Source: Promethearchaeota archaeon
GTDB lineage: Archaea > Asgardarchaeota > Lokiarchaeia > Sigyniarchaeales > SOKP01
Direction: 5' to 3'
Assembly (NCBI GenBank): GCA_030606485.1
Contig: JAUWGH010000002.1
Location: forward strand, 240,001-272,000
DNA: 32,000 nt
Below the pieces are notes generated by a model. That model was given only the letters and a program-made list of their open reading frames with translations, did not search any database and was not told the DNA's origin. Both the position numbers and the translations under genes were made by a program. Of the stretch, positions 1 through 9,324 are shown one piece after another (the stretch's first letter is position 1; every line of letters begins with the position of its first letter).

Positions 1-2187
1 ATTTCTATAATCTACATCTTTGGGAAAACCTATTCCATTATCATACACATCTAATAATATTCTATTGTTTTTGGTTTTTTTCAGTGTAACAATGATTTTT
101 CCAACATCATTTTTAGAAAATGCATGTATTAATGAGTTAGATACAAGTTCATTTACAATTAAACCACAAGAAATGGCTTTATTTAGGTTGAAATCAATAT
201 TTTCAATGTTCAATTGTAATTTAATTTGTTTGGAATTTGCTGAATAAGCTTTAAATAGATTATTAACAAGGTTTTTCATGTATTTTGAAAGATCTATCTT
301 ATTTAAGTTTTCGGATTTGTATAATATTTCGTGTATTAGCGCCATAGCTTTAATACGATTTTGGAAATCCTTAAAAATATGAAGAATTCTTTCATCTTTT
401 ACATAATGATCTTGTAGTACTATTAAACTTGAAATTATTTGTAAATTATTTTTTACTCTATGATGGATTTCTTTTAGGAGTATTTCTTTTTCTGCTAGGG
501 AAGATTCCAATAGTGATTCATTCTTTTTTTGCTCGGTTATATCAATTATATTTATATGTAGATCAAAGGTTCCTTGAAATTGAATCCTTTTTAAATATTG
601 TCGGATATACAAATAATTTTCATTTTTTTTCTTCATTCGTATTTCGGATTGAAATGAGGATATATCTTCGTTTAAAATTTTATTATATTTTTCAATAGTC
701 ATTTGTAAGTCTTCAGGATGAATATGCTGGCTTATAGTGTTTAGATCCCAAGATAGTAGTTCATTTATCGAAAATCCTAAAATATCAGATATACCTTTGT
801 TTGCAAAAATTATGCGTTCATTAGCAATGATAAGAGTACCCAACAAGGATTGTTCTGTGAGTGTTCGATATTTTTCTTCACTTTCTCTTAACTCTTTTTC
901 AGTATAATCACGAACAATAACACTTGCAAGAATATTTGCTATAGATTGTAAAAAATTGATATCATCTTTTAAAAATTTCCGATATTTTTTTGTATGAGCT
1001 CCTAAAATACCAAATGGTGCGTTTATTCCTTGAATAATAACACTCATTCCACTAATGACATCATGATCCGCAAGAAGTTTTGGTGCATAAAATCTCGTTT
1101 CATTTTTCAAGTTTTCCACAATTACTGGCGTAGTTTTTAGTAATGTATAACCTGCTTGCGAATTTATATTATTTTCAACAGTTGCATTTCCAACTAATCC
1201 TTTATGCCAACCAGATCCTGCCCTTAATTTTAAAAATTTGTTATTCGGAAGAAGTTCAAGTACTTTCGTAAACTCAACATCCAATATTTTTGCAAGTAAA
1301 GATGTTGCTTTTTTAAACAATTTATCAATTTGTTTTTCCGTAATAGCTTCTAAGCCAAATTTTGCAATCATTGCTTGTCTATGGATACGATTTTCAATGA
1401 ACTCTCGGATTGTTCTGTATCTCGTTAAGTCTTCGGAAACACAGAGAATTCCGACAATTTTATTTTGGTTATTGAAAATTGGTCCCAGATTAGATGAAAA
1501 TTGTATATCACTTCCATTCTTTTTTTTTAATCGATATTTAATATTTGTAACAAATTTACCTTCCAATACTTTCTTAATTCCTTTGGTAAGAATCATTTCA
1601 TCATTTGGATGAATTAATTTATAAACGCTTAATGAATCAAGGATTTCTTCTTTGTTATATCCTAGAATATCAGTAAAAACATTATTTATTTCAAGAAAAT
1701 TTATGTTTAGATCTAATTTATAAATCATAAATTTAGAAATTTTAAGCAATGTTTGAAATTTCTCTTCAGCTAAATATTGAGAAAAATAAGAATTTTTTAG
1801 TTTATTGAAGTGTTTTGTATTTTTTATCTCTCGTATAATAGTAGGAATTAAGCGATTTAGATCATCTTCTTTGATATAATCATTTATTCCGGTTTTTATC
1901 AAGGAAATCATCCCTTTTTCATCTATTTCTTGTCCAATAACAATATAGGGAATTATTAATTCTTTTTCTTTGATAATTCTTAATATTTCTATTCCGTATC
2001 GTGTCCATGCTTTATAGTCGGATAATATAATATCCCATGTTTTTTTAGATAACACTAAATTTAAAGTAACATAATTTTCGATAAATTCCAATTGCACTTT
2101 GAAGTTATAAGCTTTTAACTTTTGAATTATTGAGGATACTGCATTTTTAGAATCAGAAATGAATAATATATCAAATTTTTCACTCAA
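1..2187 (-). CDS. Hybrid sensor histidine kinase, REC-PAS-GAF-PAS-HisKA_2-HATPase; runs off the window edge at position 1; not in the ORF track
   Basis: Hand translation gives 729 open codons from TTG at 2187: receiver (WDIILSDY...GINDYIKEDDLNRL), PAS (ILGYNKEEI...LIHPND), GAF (LELLPNNKFLKLRAGSGW...PFGILGAH), second PAS (HIHPEDL), H-box LLKEIHHRVKNNLQIISSL, N-box NELVSNSLIHAF, G1 DVYDNGIGFP. Start codon uncertain. Confidence 0.92.
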   Translation of the reverse strand, partial: MSEKFDILFISDSKNAVSSIIQKLKAYNFKVQLEFIENYVTLNLVLSKKTWDIILSDYKAWTRYGIEILRIIKEKELIIPYIVIGQEIDEKGMISLIKTGINDYIKEDDLNRLIPTIIREIKNTKHFNKLKNSYFSQYLAEEKFQTLLKISKFMIYKLDLNINFLEINNVFTDILGYNKEEILDSLSVYKLIHPNDEMILTKGIKKVLEGKFVTNIKYRLKKKNGSDIQFSSNLGPIFNNQNKIVGILCVSEDLTRYRTIREFIENRIHRQAMIAKFGLEAITEKQIDKLFKKATSLLAKILDVEFTKVLELLPNNKFLKLRAGSGWHKGLVGNATVENNINSQAGYTLLKTTPVIVENLKNETRFYAPKLLADHDVISGMSVIIQGINAPFGILGAHTKKYRKFLKDDINFLQSIANILASVIVRDYTEKELRESEEKYRTLTEQSLLGTLIIANERIIFANKGISDILGFSINELLSWDLNTISQHIHPEDLQMTIEKYNKILNEDISSFQSEIRMKKKNENYLYIRQYLKRIQFQGTFDLHINIIDITEQKKNESLLESSLAEKEILLKEIHHRVKNNLQIISSLIVLQDHYVKDERILHIFKDFQNRIKAMALIHEILYKSENLNKIDLSKYMKNLVNNLFKAYSANSKQIKLQLNIENIDFNLNKAISCGLIVNELVSNSLIHAFSKNDVGKIIVTLKKTKNNRILLDVYDNGIGFPKDVDYRN

Positions 2188-2639
2188 AATTCATGCACTA
2201 CTCTAAATTTTCTATTTTTATTAACTTTAATATTTTAAGAAATCTCTTTAATTATAATATTGGAATTTTCATTAAAAAATATCTGTTTAATATTAACTAT
2301 ATCCAAGCTCTCATTCTAACAGTCTTAATATTATTAAAAAAAAATTGCTTTAAGGAAAAGTTTTTCGATATAGACCGAAATAGGTTAATATTGAATTAGA
2401 TAAAAATAGAAAGGAAGGTTTAATTAATCTAACAGATGATTTTTGCTTTAGTATAAATTTTAAAGATATTTTTTCCATTTTTCTATTCTATTCTAACTAA
2501 TTTATCAGTTTAGAAAAATTATTAATATAGAAACTTTTATAAATAAGTAGATCAAAGTAAGATTTAAATAAAGATTGTTGTTTCTTTATTTAAAAAAATT
2601 TATTTCAAAAATATAAAATTATAAAAATAGGAGAAAAAA

Positions 2640-3125
2640 ATGGTAAAGTTAACACCTGAAATGAAAGAAGGGCTTGTAGTCCCTGGTAAGGGTGGAAGTT
2701 TAGTTTATCTTTGCACGTCATCTATTGATGGCAAGCCAAATATCGCAGGTATGCGTTTTGTTGATACAGTTAAGGATGATAAAATCTTGATCTCAGATAT
2801 GTTTTTACTGAAAACTAAAGCAAATATTAAAGAAAACCCAGAATGTATCATTGCTATATGTCATCCTTTAGATTCTGGAAGAGATTGGGTATTTAAGGGT
2901 AAGGCTATTGATATTGAATATGGATTTCCACCTGATTTTGATTGGTATGGAGTAAAAGCTAAGGAAATATTAGATGGATGGGGCGATTGGCATAATAAAG
3001 AACCTCCAGATGAGGTTCCGCCAGATGTTGTATATTCTCACCCAGCACAGCGAGGAGTTGTCGTGTTACATGTAGAAGAAGTTTACTCTATTGAAAAAGG
3101 AAAAACAGGAGAAAAAATCCAATAG
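2640..3125 (+). CDS. Pyridoxamine-5'-phosphate-oxidase-like split-barrel flavin-binding protein
   Basis: LCTSSIDGKPNI, KTKANIKENP and FKGKA motifs typical of PNPOx-like FMN/F420-binding proteins; GGAG upstream. Confidence 0.75.
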   Translation: MVKLTPEMKEGLVVPGKGGSLVYLCTSSIDGKPNIAGMRFVDTVKDDKILISDMFLLKTKANIKENPECIIAICHPLDSGRDWVFKGKAIDIEYGFPPDFDWYGVKAKEILDGWGDWHNKEPPDEVPPDVVYSHPAQRGVVVLHVEEVYSIEKGKTGEKIQ

Positions 3126-3138
3126 GAGGTAAATAAAA

Positions 3139-3558
3139 ATGGGAATAAAATTAACAGATAGAATGAAAGCTTGGGTTGAAACAGGATGCCATTTATGTGT
3201 AGCTACTAAAAATGGAAGTCCATTTGTCACTCTAGCACGAAATATCAAATCAATTTCAGATGATGAGGTTGTATTTGCACTTTCTAAAGATGAATATTCA
3301 GTAATAAAATCTGCTTTAGAAGAAAATCCATGGGTCGCTTTTGGAGTTTCTAGAATTGGTGGAGTACGTGCTTGTTATCAATTTAAGGGCAAGGGAAGTG
3401 CAACTACTGAAGGAGATACAGTTGCTTTAAAGGTAAAATTATCTGAATTATACTGCACAAAACCAGGTTGTTATGCAGGCCTCCGACTTGATACAAAATC
3501 TTTTAAAGAATTGGAAAAGTGGGATAGTGATTTATGGAAAGATCTGCCAAAAAAATAA
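3139..3558 (+). CDS. Second, divergent PNPOx-like split-barrel protein
   Basis: LCVATKNGSPFV, ALEENPWVAF, YQFKGKG; N-terminus KLTDRMK parallels KLTPEMK of the upstream gene; AGGAGG RBS at about 3124-3129. Confidence 0.65.
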   Translation: MGIKLTDRMKAWVETGCHLCVATKNGSPFVTLARNIKSISDDEVVFALSKDEYSVIKSALEENPWVAFGVSRIGGVRACYQFKGKGSATTEGDTVALKVKLSELYCTKPGCYAGLRLDTKSFKELEKWDSDLWKDLPKK

Positions 3559-3562
3559 TTAA

Positions 3563-3577
3563 TTTTTTTTTTTTTTT
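3563..3577 (+). terminator. Oligo-T archaeal-type terminator
   Basis: Run of 15 T directly after the stop codon at 3558. Confidence 0.55.
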
Positions 3578-3636
3578 CTAAAGTAAAAAAACTAAAATAT
3601 ACATACTAATAAAATCATTTAAACGTTGATAAGATA

Positions 3637-3939
3637 ATGAACGCCAGGATTAATAGTGAGAAGGAAACTAGGAAAAAACCAAAGAAATTGCCGAAACAGT
3701 TTCCATGGTTTATGCCTTTTATGTGTGAAGGATGTGGAGATTGTGTTAGTGCTTGTCCGAATTCATGTATTGAAATGTTTGGTCTGGATAGAAAAGTCCC
3801 TGTAGCATGGGTTGTTGATCCAGATTATTGCATTGGTTGTGGCCAATGTGTAGATGCATGTATAGTATCAGCAGTTCAAATGACAGCTTATGTAGATAAA
3901 GCAATTGAAAGATATAAAACTAAAAAACCATTTCAATGA
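3637..3939 (+). CDS. 2x[4Fe-4S] ferredoxin
   Basis: CEGCGDCVSACP and CIGCGQCVDAC motifs. Confidence 0.9.
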   Translation: MNARINSEKETRKKPKKLPKQFPWFMPFMCEGCGDCVSACPNSCIEMFGLDRKVPVAWVVDPDYCIGCGQCVDACIVSAVQMTAYVDKAIERYKTKKPFQ

Positions 3940-4038
3940 AAAAATTTATAGAAAATATATAGATATGTGATTTAAAGTTAATAAAAATTAAAAAATAAAA
4001 AATATAAAAATAAAAAATAAATCTCTAATAAAAAAGAT

Positions 4039-5112
4039 GTGAGTAAAATGGTATTTGATTTAAGAAGATGTGATTTTTCGAAATGTAAAGGAGAATGTCT
4101 TGCAATGTGCTTATTTGTTGATTATGATGAGCAAAAAGCTAAAGCGGATATGGCCAAATTAATATCTCAAGAACCCGCTGATATTCTTGCTAAATGTGTT
4201 ACTTGTTATGGGTGTAATGAATATTGTCCTCAAGGAGCAAATCCATGGGATTTGATAAATCAAATGCAGGAAAAGACAGGTCTTTATATATATCCAAAAG
4301 AAGCTAAAAAAACTGCTTTAGGATGGGCAGAAAAAGAAGATAAGATCGTTAAAGGAGATCCTGATAAACCTGCTGTTTCTATAGGTGGTTTTCCTGATGC
4401 ACTTCCTTGGGAGAAAGTTTTTAAAGGAAAGTTATTTGAAGGATTACCACTAATAATGGGAGGATCATATTGCTGCAGAGCACCAGAAACACATATGTGT
4501 GATGCTAATTCTGCCTTAGATACCCTTCCATCATTAGTAAAAAATCTTGCTAATACAGGATATAAGGAAATAATTTTTTATCATGATGCATGTTGGGGTT
4601 TTGTAACATCTGTGGCACTTGCTCAAATGATTGAAGTTCCCTTTAAACCAATTCATCTTATGGAATATATTCGAGATTGGCTACTTGATCATAAAGATTT
4701 AATCACTCCATTAAATATTAAAGTTGCATATCAACGACCTTGTACTACAAGATATAATCCTCATGGAGATTTAAAAGAAGGTTTCTATGATTGGGTTGAA
4801 CAAACTTTTGAATTACTCGGTTGTGAGCTTGTAGAGCGAACATATCAAAAGGAAAATACCATGTGCTGTTGTTCCGGTATCTTTCCAACCCAGAAAGAAC
4901 GTGCTATGAGTTATGTAAAAAAGAACCTGCAAGATGCCAAAGATGCTGGAGCAGATAATTATATTACATTCTGTCCTATCTGTACTGCGGTAATGCGAGG
5001 TACATCTAGAAAAATGGAAATGGAACCTTATCATATAATAATGCTAGTACAAAAGGCACTTGGTGAAGATTTACCATTAGGAGGAGCAGGAATCGGAACT
5101 CCAGTTCATTAG
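4039..5112 (+). CDS. (Fe-S)-binding CCG-domain oxidoreductase (HdrD/GlpC-like)
   Basis: N-terminal Cys motifs CDFSKCKGECLAMC and CVTCYGCNEYCP, followed by CCG-type motifs YCCRA, HDACW, QRPC, MCCCSG, FCPICT. GTG start. Confidence 0.85.
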   Translation: MSKMVFDLRRCDFSKCKGECLAMCLFVDYDEQKAKADMAKLISQEPADILAKCVTCYGCNEYCPQGANPWDLINQMQEKTGLYIYPKEAKKTALGWAEKEDKIVKGDPDKPAVSIGGFPDALPWEKVFKGKLFEGLPLIMGGSYCCRAPETHMCDANSALDTLPSLVKNLANTGYKEIIFYHDACWGFVTSVALAQMIEVPFKPIHLMEYIRDWLLDHKDLITPLNIKVAYQRPCTTRYNPHGDLKEGFYDWVEQTFELLGCELVERTYQKENTMCCCSGIFPTQKERAMSYVKKNLQDAKDAGADNYITFCPICTAVMRGTSRKMEMEPYHIIMLVQKALGEDLPLGGAGIGTPVH

Positions 5113-5160
5113 TAAAAATAATCTAAATATTTTTTTTTTATATATAAATAAGGATTTAAG

Positions 5161-5871
5161 ATGAAAGTTCTTATAAGTATACGTTCACTTGAAGAATTGC
5201 AACCTGCCTTAGAAGGAAAAGCAGATATTATAGATCTAAAGAATCCAGACGAAGGTTCATTAGGTGCAGCCGTTCCTTCATTTATTAAAAAAGTTAAAAA
5301 ATTGGCATTAAATAATTTAGTAAGTGCGGCAATTGGAGATATGCCAAACCTTCCAGGAACTGCAGCATTAGCCGCATTTGGAGCTGCAAAATCAGGAGCA
5401 GATTATGTAAAAGTAGGACTTTTTGGAGTAACTAATGAGGAAGAAGGAATAAAATTGATGACTGAAGTAGTTAATGCTGTGAAAGAGGCCAACTCAGATG
5501 TTGTAGTAGTTGGGGCTGGTTATGCGGATTCAAGATCTTTTGGCGGTGTTGATCCGTTGAAAATACCTAATATTGTGAAATCAGCAGGTGCTGAAATTGC
5601 AATGTTAGATACCGCTGTAAAAGATGGTAGAAGGTTATTTGATTTTTTAAATTTAAAGGAATTAAAAAATTTTGTAGATAATGCTCATAATCAAAATTTA
5701 TTGGTAGCGCTCGCAGGATCTCTTCGTACTGAAGATTTATCTATTATTAAACAATTAGGCGCTGATATTGTAGGATTCAGAGGTGCTGTGTGTAGTAATA
5801 ATGATCGGAGGAAGGGTGTTGTTACAACAGATCGTGTTGCCAAGATTATGAAAATCGCTAATAATTTATAA
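5161..5871 (+). CDS. mfnB: (5-formylfuran-3-yl)methyl phosphate (4-HFC-P) synthase, methanofuran biosynthesis
   Basis: IIDLKNPDEGSLGA, ADYVKVG, MLDTAVKDG, LAGSL and GFRGAVC match the MfnB/DUF556 signature, including the Schiff-base lysine. Confidence 0.92.
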   Translation: MKVLISIRSLEELQPALEGKADIIDLKNPDEGSLGAAVPSFIKKVKKLALNNLVSAAIGDMPNLPGTAALAAFGAAKSGADYVKVGLFGVTNEEEGIKLMTEVVNAVKEANSDVVVVGAGYADSRSFGGVDPLKIPNIVKSAGAEIAMLDTAVKDGRRLFDFLNLKELKNFVDNAHNQNLLVALAGSLRTEDLSIIKQLGADIVGFRGAVCSNNDRRKGVVTTDRVAKIMKIANNL

Positions 5872-5925
5872 AACAATTAAAATATTATTTTAAAAATTTT
5901 AAATAAATTAAAAAAGTATAAAAAA

Positions 5926-6180
5926 ATGTCAACAAAAATAATAAAACATATAGATGATAGATGTTATGCTTGCAAAACGTGTGAATTAGTTTGTTCATTT
6001 CACCATAATAAAGTATTTCAGCCATCAAAATCGAGTATATCCGTAGAAAGAGACCATTTAAATGGTATTTGGACATGGACATTAAATGATAGTTGCGATA
6101 ATTGTGAAAACGAAGAGGAGCCATTGTGTGTTAAATTTTGCTTATATAATGCTATTGTAATTAAGGAGGAGGAAGATTAA
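5926..6180 (+). CDS. [4Fe-4S] ferredoxin-like small subunit associated with AOR/WOR
   Basis: CYACKTCELVCS and CDNCxxxxEPLCVKFC; its stop lies 1 nt before the AOR start, and its 3' end carries the GGAGGAGG RBS. Confidence 0.85.
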   Translation: MSTKIIKHIDDRCYACKTCELVCSFHHNKVFQPSKSSISVERDHLNGIWTWTLNDSCDNCENEEEPLCVKFCLYNAIVIKEEED

Positions 6181-6181
6181 T

Positions 6182-8101
6182 ATGAATAGATTTAAAATTA
6201 AAGGAGGAATTACGGGGAAGATATTACGTGTTGATTTAAGTGCAGAGAAAGTAAGAGTTGAGGAAAATATATATGCTGAAAGATGGATTGCAGGAAGGGC
6301 TTTGAGTAGCTGGATTCTCTTGAATGAAATGGACCCCACAACTAAATGGTCTGATCCTGAAAATTATCTTATTTTTGGTGCTGGTGCATTAATTGGTACG
6401 ATCGCTCCTGCTAGCTGCCGGACAAACATCGATACGATAAATGTATTTAATAATGGAAAAGGATCCTCTAATGTTGGTGGGCATTTTAGCCCAGAGATGA
6501 AATTTGCAGGGTTTGATCAAATAATCATAAAAGGTAAGGCTGAAAAACCTGTCTATTTATTTATTTCTGATGGTAAAGCTGAAATTCGTGATGCATCACA
6601 TCTTTGGGGTAAAAGTACTTATGAAACTGAAGATATTCTTAAGAAAGAATTAAGAGATAATAAAATTGAGATAGCTTCTATTGGTCCTGCTGGAGAAAAT
6701 TTAGTTCATGGATCCGCAATAATTATAGATTGTGGTAGGGCTGCTGGTGGGTCTGGGGTTGGATGTGTTATGGGAGATAAAAAATTAAAAGCTATTGTAG
6801 TTCGAGGACACAACTCAGTGAAAGTTGCTCATCCAGAAGAATTTTTACAAAGAGCTTATGAGGCATATCAGAAAATAATAAAACGTCCTACAGCTAAAGT
6901 ATTCCGTAAAAAAACTCTTGCAGGAATGGTATATAATGACTCTGAACAATTTGATGATCTATGGGAAATGATGCATTCTATTAAAAATTCTCAAGATGTA
7001 CATTGGTCTCGTGAACAACGTTCAAGAATAATGGGTAAGGAAGGTGTTGGAAAATTCTTTAAAAAAATTCAAGCGTGTTATGCATGTCCTGTAGGTTGTC
7101 AGCCATATTCTGAAATTAATGAAGGAAAATTCAAGGGTTCCAAGGGATTAGGTTATTGGATTAATTCAGTTATGTGGTCTGGAAAGATGGATGTTACTGA
7201 TCCAGAAGCTTCATTAAGATATCATCTTCGTGCTAATCAATTGGGCTTGGATGGAGATGACTCATCCGTCGTTATGTCTTGGGCATTTGAGGCATATGAA
7301 AAAGGATTGTTAACAAAAGAAGATGTTGATGGCTTAATTTTAACATGGGGTAATTCTGATGCAATGCTTGAATTACAGGAAAAAATAGCTTCACGTGATG
7401 GTTTTGGTGATTTTCTTGCAGATGGTGTAGTTGCTGCAGCAAAAAAACTTGGAAAAGGTTCAGAAAAATTTGCTATTAATCAAAAAGGGCAAGATACACT
7501 TGATCCATATCGTGTTTGTAAGGGATGGTCTCTCGCGTGTGCCACATCTCCAATTGCAGGGCGTCATATGAGGGGAAGCATCAACATACCGATTGCATTT
7601 GGGCCAAAAGGTGTAAAATTTAATCCATATTCTTATGAAGACCAACCACCAATAGTATTTTGGGAATTACGAGCTAAAGAAATTGAAGACATTACTGGAA
7701 TCTGTGTTTATGTAGGAACTTGGTCTGGTGTATATGCACTTGAACCTTCAGATTATGTCGAATTAACTAATTTAGCATTGGGAATTAACCTAACGGAAGA
7801 GGATTTCATGCTCTTAGGACAAAAAGGTTATAACTTAGAGAAAGCATTTAATACCATTCATGTTGGATTTAAACGCGAAGATGACCTTCCACATCGAAGA
7901 TTCTTTGAAGATCCTATATTATCAGGGCCACATAAAGGAGAAACCTTAAATAAAGAAAAATATAATTCTATGTTAGATGCATTTTATGAACTTCACGGAT
8001 GGGATAAAGAAACGAGTTGGCAAACCCGTAAAACTTTAGAATCTTTAGGACTATCCGATGTAGCCGAAAAATTAGCAGAAGTTGGTCGGTTGATTGAATA
8101 A
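6182..8101 (+). CDS. Tungsten aldehyde:ferredoxin oxidoreductase (AOR/WOR) family enzyme, divergent subfamily
   Basis: GKILRVDLS, KFAGFDQIIIKGKAEKPVYL, IGPAGENLV, GCVMGDKKLKAI, CYACPVGC and DITGIC ([4Fe-4S] ligands), GWDKETSWQT. Confidence 0.92.
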   Translation: MNRFKIKGGITGKILRVDLSAEKVRVEENIYAERWIAGRALSSWILLNEMDPTTKWSDPENYLIFGAGALIGTIAPASCRTNIDTINVFNNGKGSSNVGGHFSPEMKFAGFDQIIIKGKAEKPVYLFISDGKAEIRDASHLWGKSTYETEDILKKELRDNKIEIASIGPAGENLVHGSAIIIDCGRAAGGSGVGCVMGDKKLKAIVVRGHNSVKVAHPEEFLQRAYEAYQKIIKRPTAKVFRKKTLAGMVYNDSEQFDDLWEMMHSIKNSQDVHWSREQRSRIMGKEGVGKFFKKIQACYACPVGCQPYSEINEGKFKGSKGLGYWINSVMWSGKMDVTDPEASLRYHLRANQLGLDGDDSSVVMSWAFEAYEKGLLTKEDVDGLILTWGNSDAMLELQEKIASRDGFGDFLADGVVAAAKKLGKGSEKFAINQKGQDTLDPYRVCKGWSLACATSPIAGRHMRGSINIPIAFGPKGVKFNPYSYEDQPPIVFWELRAKEIEDITGICVYVGTWSGVYALEPSDYVELTNLALGINLTEEDFMLLGQKGYNLEKAFNTIHVGFKREDDLPHRRFFEDPILSGPHKGETLNKEKYNSMLDAFYELHGWDKETSWQTRKTLESLGLSDVAEKLAEVGRLIE

Positions 8102-8119
8102 TATTTTTAAGAATTAATA

Positions 8120-8186
8120 CTAACTTTTATTTTTTTATTTTTTTCTATTTCAGTTTTTAAATAATTTTTCCTGTATTTTTTTTTTT
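8120..8186 (+). terminator. T-rich terminator region after the AOR-family gene
   Basis: Several oligo-T runs directly downstream of the stop at 8101. Confidence 0.45.
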
Positions 8187-8364
8187 AAGATATTTAATTT
8201 ATCTTCTAAAACAGAAAAAAAATGAACTAGTTTTTGAATTATAACCTTTCCTCCACAATTTTGTATATCTTTTAATCTAAAATTTTAAAACAAATTGAAT
8301 AATTAATTACTTAAGTTCAGAGAATGTGTTTTACCCCAATTTAATCAAAGAAAGAAAAACCATT

Positions 8365-9309
8365 ATGTCTGAAAAAAACTTAAAATATTCATTATATCTA
8401 GGATGTGTTATTCCCAATAGATACCCTTTTATTGAGCAATCTGTGCGAAATGTGTTTAAGGAATTAGGAATAGGGCTGATAGATATGCAGGGAGCGTCCT
8501 GTTGTCCAGCTCCTGGAGTATTCAGAGGATTTAGCATACCTCTTTGGCTTGTTGTGGGAGCGCGAAATATTTCTATAGCAGAAGAGAATGGTGCCGATAT
8601 TGTCCTTATGTGTAATGGATGTTATGCTACTTTGCTTGAAGTGAATGTTATGCTAAAACATGATAAAAAAAAGCGGGATATTGTAAATGAGCATCTTGCA
8701 AAAATAGGTAGGGAATTCAAAGGGACAATCGAAGTAAAACACATAATTGATGTTTTATATTATGATTTTGGACTTGATAAACTTAAAGATTATACCAATA
8801 TCAGGTTCCCTAATTTAAGAGTTGGTGTGCATTATGGATGTCATATATTGAAAGATTCTACGCATCGACCATGGCATGGAGAATCTGAAGATCCGAGGTT
8901 TTTCGAGGAATTAATTGAAATAACCGGTGCAAAATGCATAGATTACAAAGATCGGTTAATGTGTTGTGGAGCAGGAGGGGCTGTCCGAACAGCATCATTA
9001 GAGGTATCTCTTGATTACACTAGAGAAAAGCTTGAAAATATGCGAAATGTTAGAGTTGATTGTTGTATGGTTTGTTGTCCATTTTGTCATTTACAACTTG
9101 ATTTAGGTCAAATGCAGGTTAATGATACATTTAAAGATATTATTGGGGAACCTTATAAGATTCCTATAATTTATTATACGCAATTATTAGGATTATCAAT
9201 GGGAATGAATCCTCGAGAGTTAGGATTAGTAGCCACTCATAATTTAGCGGGCGTTCCCCCATTTATTCCAATTAAATCATTTATGGATAAAATCAAGGAA
9301 CACATATAA
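8365..9309 (+). CDS. hdrB: Heterodisulfide reductase subunit B
   Basis: YLGCVIP, SCCPAPG, MCNGCY, HYGCH, MCCGAGG, CCPFCHLQLD. ATG 8365 preferred over the track's start at 8326. Confidence 0.95.
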   Translation: MSEKNLKYSLYLGCVIPNRYPFIEQSVRNVFKELGIGLIDMQGASCCPAPGVFRGFSIPLWLVVGARNISIAEENGADIVLMCNGCYATLLEVNVMLKHDKKKRDIVNEHLAKIGREFKGTIEVKHIIDVLYYDFGLDKLKDYTNIRFPNLRVGVHYGCHILKDSTHRPWHGESEDPRFFEELIEITGAKCIDYKDRLMCCGAGGAVRTASLEVSLDYTREKLENMRNVRVDCCMVCCPFCHLQLDLGQMQVNDTFKDIIGEPYKIPIIYYTQLLGLSMGMNPRELGLVATHNLAGVPPFIPIKSFMDKIKEHI

Positions 9310-9324
9310 AAGAATGTTGAGAAG

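Noticed and set aside
2180-2194. ATG-AAT-TTT-GAG-TGA mini-ORF overlapping the kinase TTG start (possible uORF or frameshifted start)
   Set aside because: Four codons is easily chance in AT-rich DNA, and the kinase frame is complete from TTG 2187.
20-2399. Plus-strand ORFs 20..247, 429..698, 1238..1612 and 2193..2399
   Set aside because: The first three are antisense shadows of the kinase gene; the last is AT-rich intergenic sequence with no protein-like features.
6182-8101. WOR gene as bamB (class II benzoyl-CoA reductase)
   Set aside because: It shares GLDG, but there is no Cys in the segment after CxxCPxxC where BamB has its tungsten-ligating cysteine (recalled), so the symbol was not assigned.
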